Below, in pieces: positions 60,613 through 64,000 of a stretch of 64,000 nt of DNA. Under the pieces are notes generated by a model, which saw only the letters and a program-made list of their open reading frames with translations, ran no database searches and was not told where the DNA came from. Source of the stretch: Pelomyxa schiedti (Eukaryota; Protista; Evosea); assembly GCA_020536535.1 (NCBI GenBank), contig JAHLWZ010000800.1:62001-126000 (forward strand), read 5' to 3'. How positions within the stretch are numbered: the first letter of the stretch is position 1; each line of letters opens with the position of its first letter. Both the position numbers and the translations under genes were made by a program.

Positions 60613-63281
60613 CTAGTGCCGTACGGCTCTTGTTGGTGGTTTTCGTCCTTTGGGGGCTGCTCGCTTGATCTGTTTTGTTTTGGGGTGTTAGAAATGAAAG
60701 TAGTATAGTATGTTTGATTGCAAACATGTTCTAGCCTAGCCTCAGTTGATACGGGTAGTCCATCTGCAGTATATTTTACATGAGCCGGCCTGGTTTTGTT
60801 GGAAAGTGTTTTGGTTAGTGAAGGTGTGGTGAATGGTTGATAGAGCAGTACTTTGGTTCCGCAATACTGGGTACTTTAGTGGGGATACTTTCTGTTGGGG
60901 CATTTGTGGGCACGGAAGTGCCTGCGGGTACAGCGGCTTCATTTGAGGTTGGTGCTGTATTTACATTTGCATTTGGATTTGGAGTTGCAGGTGCACCCAT
61001 CATCATCTTCCCTTTAAGGATATCTTCAAGCTGAGACGAGATTAAAATATGAAACAAATCGATTGAATGGGGATTTACTTTGGATTTGATGTGTTGTGAT
61101 CCCTCTGAGGAAACTTCGATTTTGATCTGTATGGAAGGGATTATGACTTGTTGCTTGATGGAAGAAAGAGAAGGAAAATTAAGGAACCTTCCTTTCTCGT
61201 GGTGGGAGCTATAAGTTGTTAGAGGCTACACAATACACGAAAATGTACCTTTTCGGGTTCTGTTGGAGCTAAGAATACACCTGGCACCTGGGAAAAATAA
61301 GTAAATCGAAATTCATGAAAGAAGGAGAACTAACCATTAATTTTCCAGGTCTGGCTGCCTGTGCCCTTGTAGGTTCCTCAGGTTTTGTAGACTGCGGTGC
61401 TCTGGCTGGTAAAGATCTTCCAGGGACAGAAGTTGGTTTCGCTTGAACACCACCTGTTGGAGCTGGTTTGAGGTTGGAAGAGGCAGATGCACCAGAGGTT
61501 GGGGAAACTTTGGGAGGAGGGGTGGGTGTTGGTTTGGCAGGGGGTAATGAATTAGGCTTTGAGGGGGGAACAGGAGTAGGTTTAGGAGGTGGTGTGGGTT
61601 TGTCAGCTGTGCTTGTTGAGCTTGGGGGTGCAACTTTTGGCACTTCGTTGATAGGCGAAGCTGAATCAGTTGTGTCAGGCACTACATTGACGCCATTCGT
61701 GACAGGTGGGCTTACATCAACCGTTACCTCGGGATTTGGAAGCGTTGTGGTAGATGGGGTAGTAGCGGGAGTAGTGGTTGCAGTTGCTTCGGAAGTAGAT
61801 ACCTCTGTTTCTTTAGGTTCAATTACTTCCTTGACTTCAATTGCTGGAACTGTTTCACAGGTTGTGGGCTGTGATTGAATTGAGGCATCCGGAGATTGCA
61901 CCGGCTCTTCATTTTGTTGAGGTACGGAAGAAGTTGTAGCTGTTGTGGTATTTGTATCAGCATCTGAAACGATGGTGAAGTCAGATTCAATTTCTTTGCT
62001 TTCTTGTTGTTGAGATTCTTCAAGTTGCATTTTAGCAATCTTAGTAACAAGGTCCACAGGTACATCGCTTTCAGGAATATTGTAATCTCTACTGATTTCC
62101 CTTATTGAAAGGCGTACTCTTTCTTGCCTTTTTTGTTTTAGTGTTTCGTGGTAACATCTGGCTGATTACGTTTCTAATTGGGCTAGAAAATCGTCATTCA
62201 GTGACTCTCCAGTACAGACATCGATTGCCATAGTTTTGCGTTTTGATTGGTTCTCTGGGGTGTCTTCTCTGTAAATTTTGTTGACAAAGGATTGAAACTT
62301 AGGTGCGCACCTTGCTGCTTCACTCTGTGAAATATCTTCACCCTTCTTCACTGAAAGATTGCAGTTGTTTGGAACAGAGTGGTAGCAGACATCATGAGCC
62401 CGAAAATTACATACTAATTTGATCAGGAAATTCCTGTACGTATTTTACAATCATTCACCTGTACACTGATAACTTTGTGCTCCCATTCCCCATATAAGGT
62501 AGCCGCATTGGCCACAGGAGGTTGGCCAGGCAAACCGAGTAGCTACCCAGTTGTGAGAAGCATCAGCTGTATTCTGGACTACAGGCTCAAGCTCCCACTC
62601 GCAATTTGGCTTCCAAAAGTAAACACATGATATTGTCCCTAAGGTAGGTCAAACGGGGAGAAAAAAAATTAAAGTGAACCATCTTTTTCACTTGCAAGCC
62701 AGGATATGTGGGCAGTCCTGGTACGAAATTAGAAAGCTAAGATATGATACATTGTGGTACTTCATAGAGAAACGGATTGCGGATTCAGTAGCTTGTTTTA
62801 CAAAGAAATGCTCCCAAGACTTGGCCTCAATTCTGTTGCAAACAGGGCCACCAACAAATGGAACACACAAAAATTTGCCAAACTCACTGTAACAATGTTG
62901 GTGGAGGTATATTTGATGAGGGAGGACAAGGCAGTAACATACGACTTGAGTGTGAGGCCATTTTCGTCAGTATTGAGGTTCCACGTAGTCCTGAACCCAG
63001 GCACACCTTCTGGCACACAAAACAAAAACCCCATCTGGTTGGTACCCAAGAAAGTCCCAAAGCATGTCTTGAGCCTATAAACACCCCCTATTCAAAATGT
63101 GTTGAGCATCCCAACAATGGGTTTTTTTTTTTTTTGGTTTGGTGTTGTTATTTGTTCTAATCATTTATCGATGATGTTTAGCAATGCCAGCCTTACGGAT
63201 AGCTTTAGAGTCAGGGGCAGTGCTATTGACAGTTTCGGGGCTTGTTTTATTTGCACCAGACGACGACGTGGTCAGTGACAT
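60613..63281 (-). CDS. C1-domain, proline-rich protein with a C-terminal capping-protein-interaction (CPI)-like motif, multi-exon
   Basis: C1 HNWVATRFAWPTSCGQCGYLIWGMGAQSYQC..C..RAHDVCYHSVPNNC; PxxP tract 61480-61600; spliced tail ARLEH-IKRAAPKGRKPPTR. Confidence 0.75.
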
Positions 63282-63523
63282 CTCCACCACTTCGAATTTA
63301 TCGGGGTTATTTTTGTATGTTTTCTAAACGGCCACATCTCTCCAAGTTGGAGTCCAGCTCTCTCTGGTCTCCAGAGGTCTGTCAGAGCATCAATGGAAAA
63401 AAAGGGGAACTCACCGTTCACTTCCCAGTGCCACCCCCAGTGTCTGAGCACATCCCAGCCAATTGAACCTGTGTTGAACGAGAAGTTGTCGTTGCTTCTG
63501 GCTTATTAATCTTGATCACAACA

Positions 63524-64000
63524 ATGAGCCAGGAGCAGAGCGCAGCAGCACCGGCGGCCAAGAGGCGGTGCCCGAACCAACGCGGGAGGGGGTCCCATAA
63601 TCCGTGCCGCGGGGGCGGCCGCGGCGGGCGGGGCAGAGGAGGCCGCGGCCGGGGCGGTCGCGGGCGCGGGCGTGCTCAGCCGGCGGCACCAGGCGAGAAC
63701 TTCGACATCCAAGCGGACGACGACGGCGGAGGGCGGGGGGAGGCCGTCCCCACAGAAATCGATGGAGACGAGGTCCGCGACGACTCGGCCCCGTCGTCTG
63801 CGGCGGCGACGACGACGACGACGACTACGACGACGAGTGCACCCGGGGGCGACCGGGAAGTAGTGCCAAAGACGGTCAGATCTGGTTCTGGGTCCGAGGG
63901 GGCTGAGGACGACGAGAAGGACGGCTACTGTGTGGGCATGAGGTATGGCTCATTTCAACTTGTGGGAACAGAGCCACCACTGCCACATAGCAAATAACAA
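63524..64000 (+). CDS. 5' part of an RGG-rich protein, runs off the window
   Basis: MSQEQSAAAPAAKRR...RGGGRGGRGRGGRGRGGRGRGR; probable intron after GMR (~63943). Confidence 0.65.

Noticed and set aside
1-64000. Stop-codon reassignment or selenocysteine to explain broken ORFs; bacterial contamination to explain bacterial-type genes
   Set aside because: Breaks are resolved by short GT-AG introns, all three stop codons end genes, and most bacterial-type genes contain introns and are interleaved with eukaryote-specific genes.

Overview
Gene-dense eukaryotic DNA with many short (mostly ~40-60 nt) GT-AG introns, the standard genetic code and intergenic gaps often under 250 bp. The compactness, amoebozoan-type cytoskeletal and signalling genes and intron-containing anaerobe-type bacterial enzymes suggest an anaerobic amoebozoan such as a Pelomyxa-like archamoeba (inference only). 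About 29 protein genes were read by joining exons by eye, so boundaries are approximate. Two abutting DNA transposons (35.97-40.06 kb) are present, and one carries a 63-bp palindromic MITE. Highlights: (1) a tail-to-tail pair of bacterial-type sulfur enzymes, a CoA-persulfide reductase-rhodanese-TusA fusion and the [4Fe-4S] L-cysteine desulfidase CyuA, with a TauE exporter in the same window; (2) an ankyrin-F-box-Rab1-like pseudo-GTPase-CaaX fusion; (3) a signal-less legumain-like clan CD protease with an A20 zinc finger inserted in its catalytic domain; (4) a RING-like finger fused to archaemetzincin; (5) a hAT element whose two flanks are different nTnnnnAC target sites; (6) CpG-decay signatures in transposon repeats, contrasting with CpG-rich gene starts. 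No tRNA, rRNA or CRISPR array was recognised.
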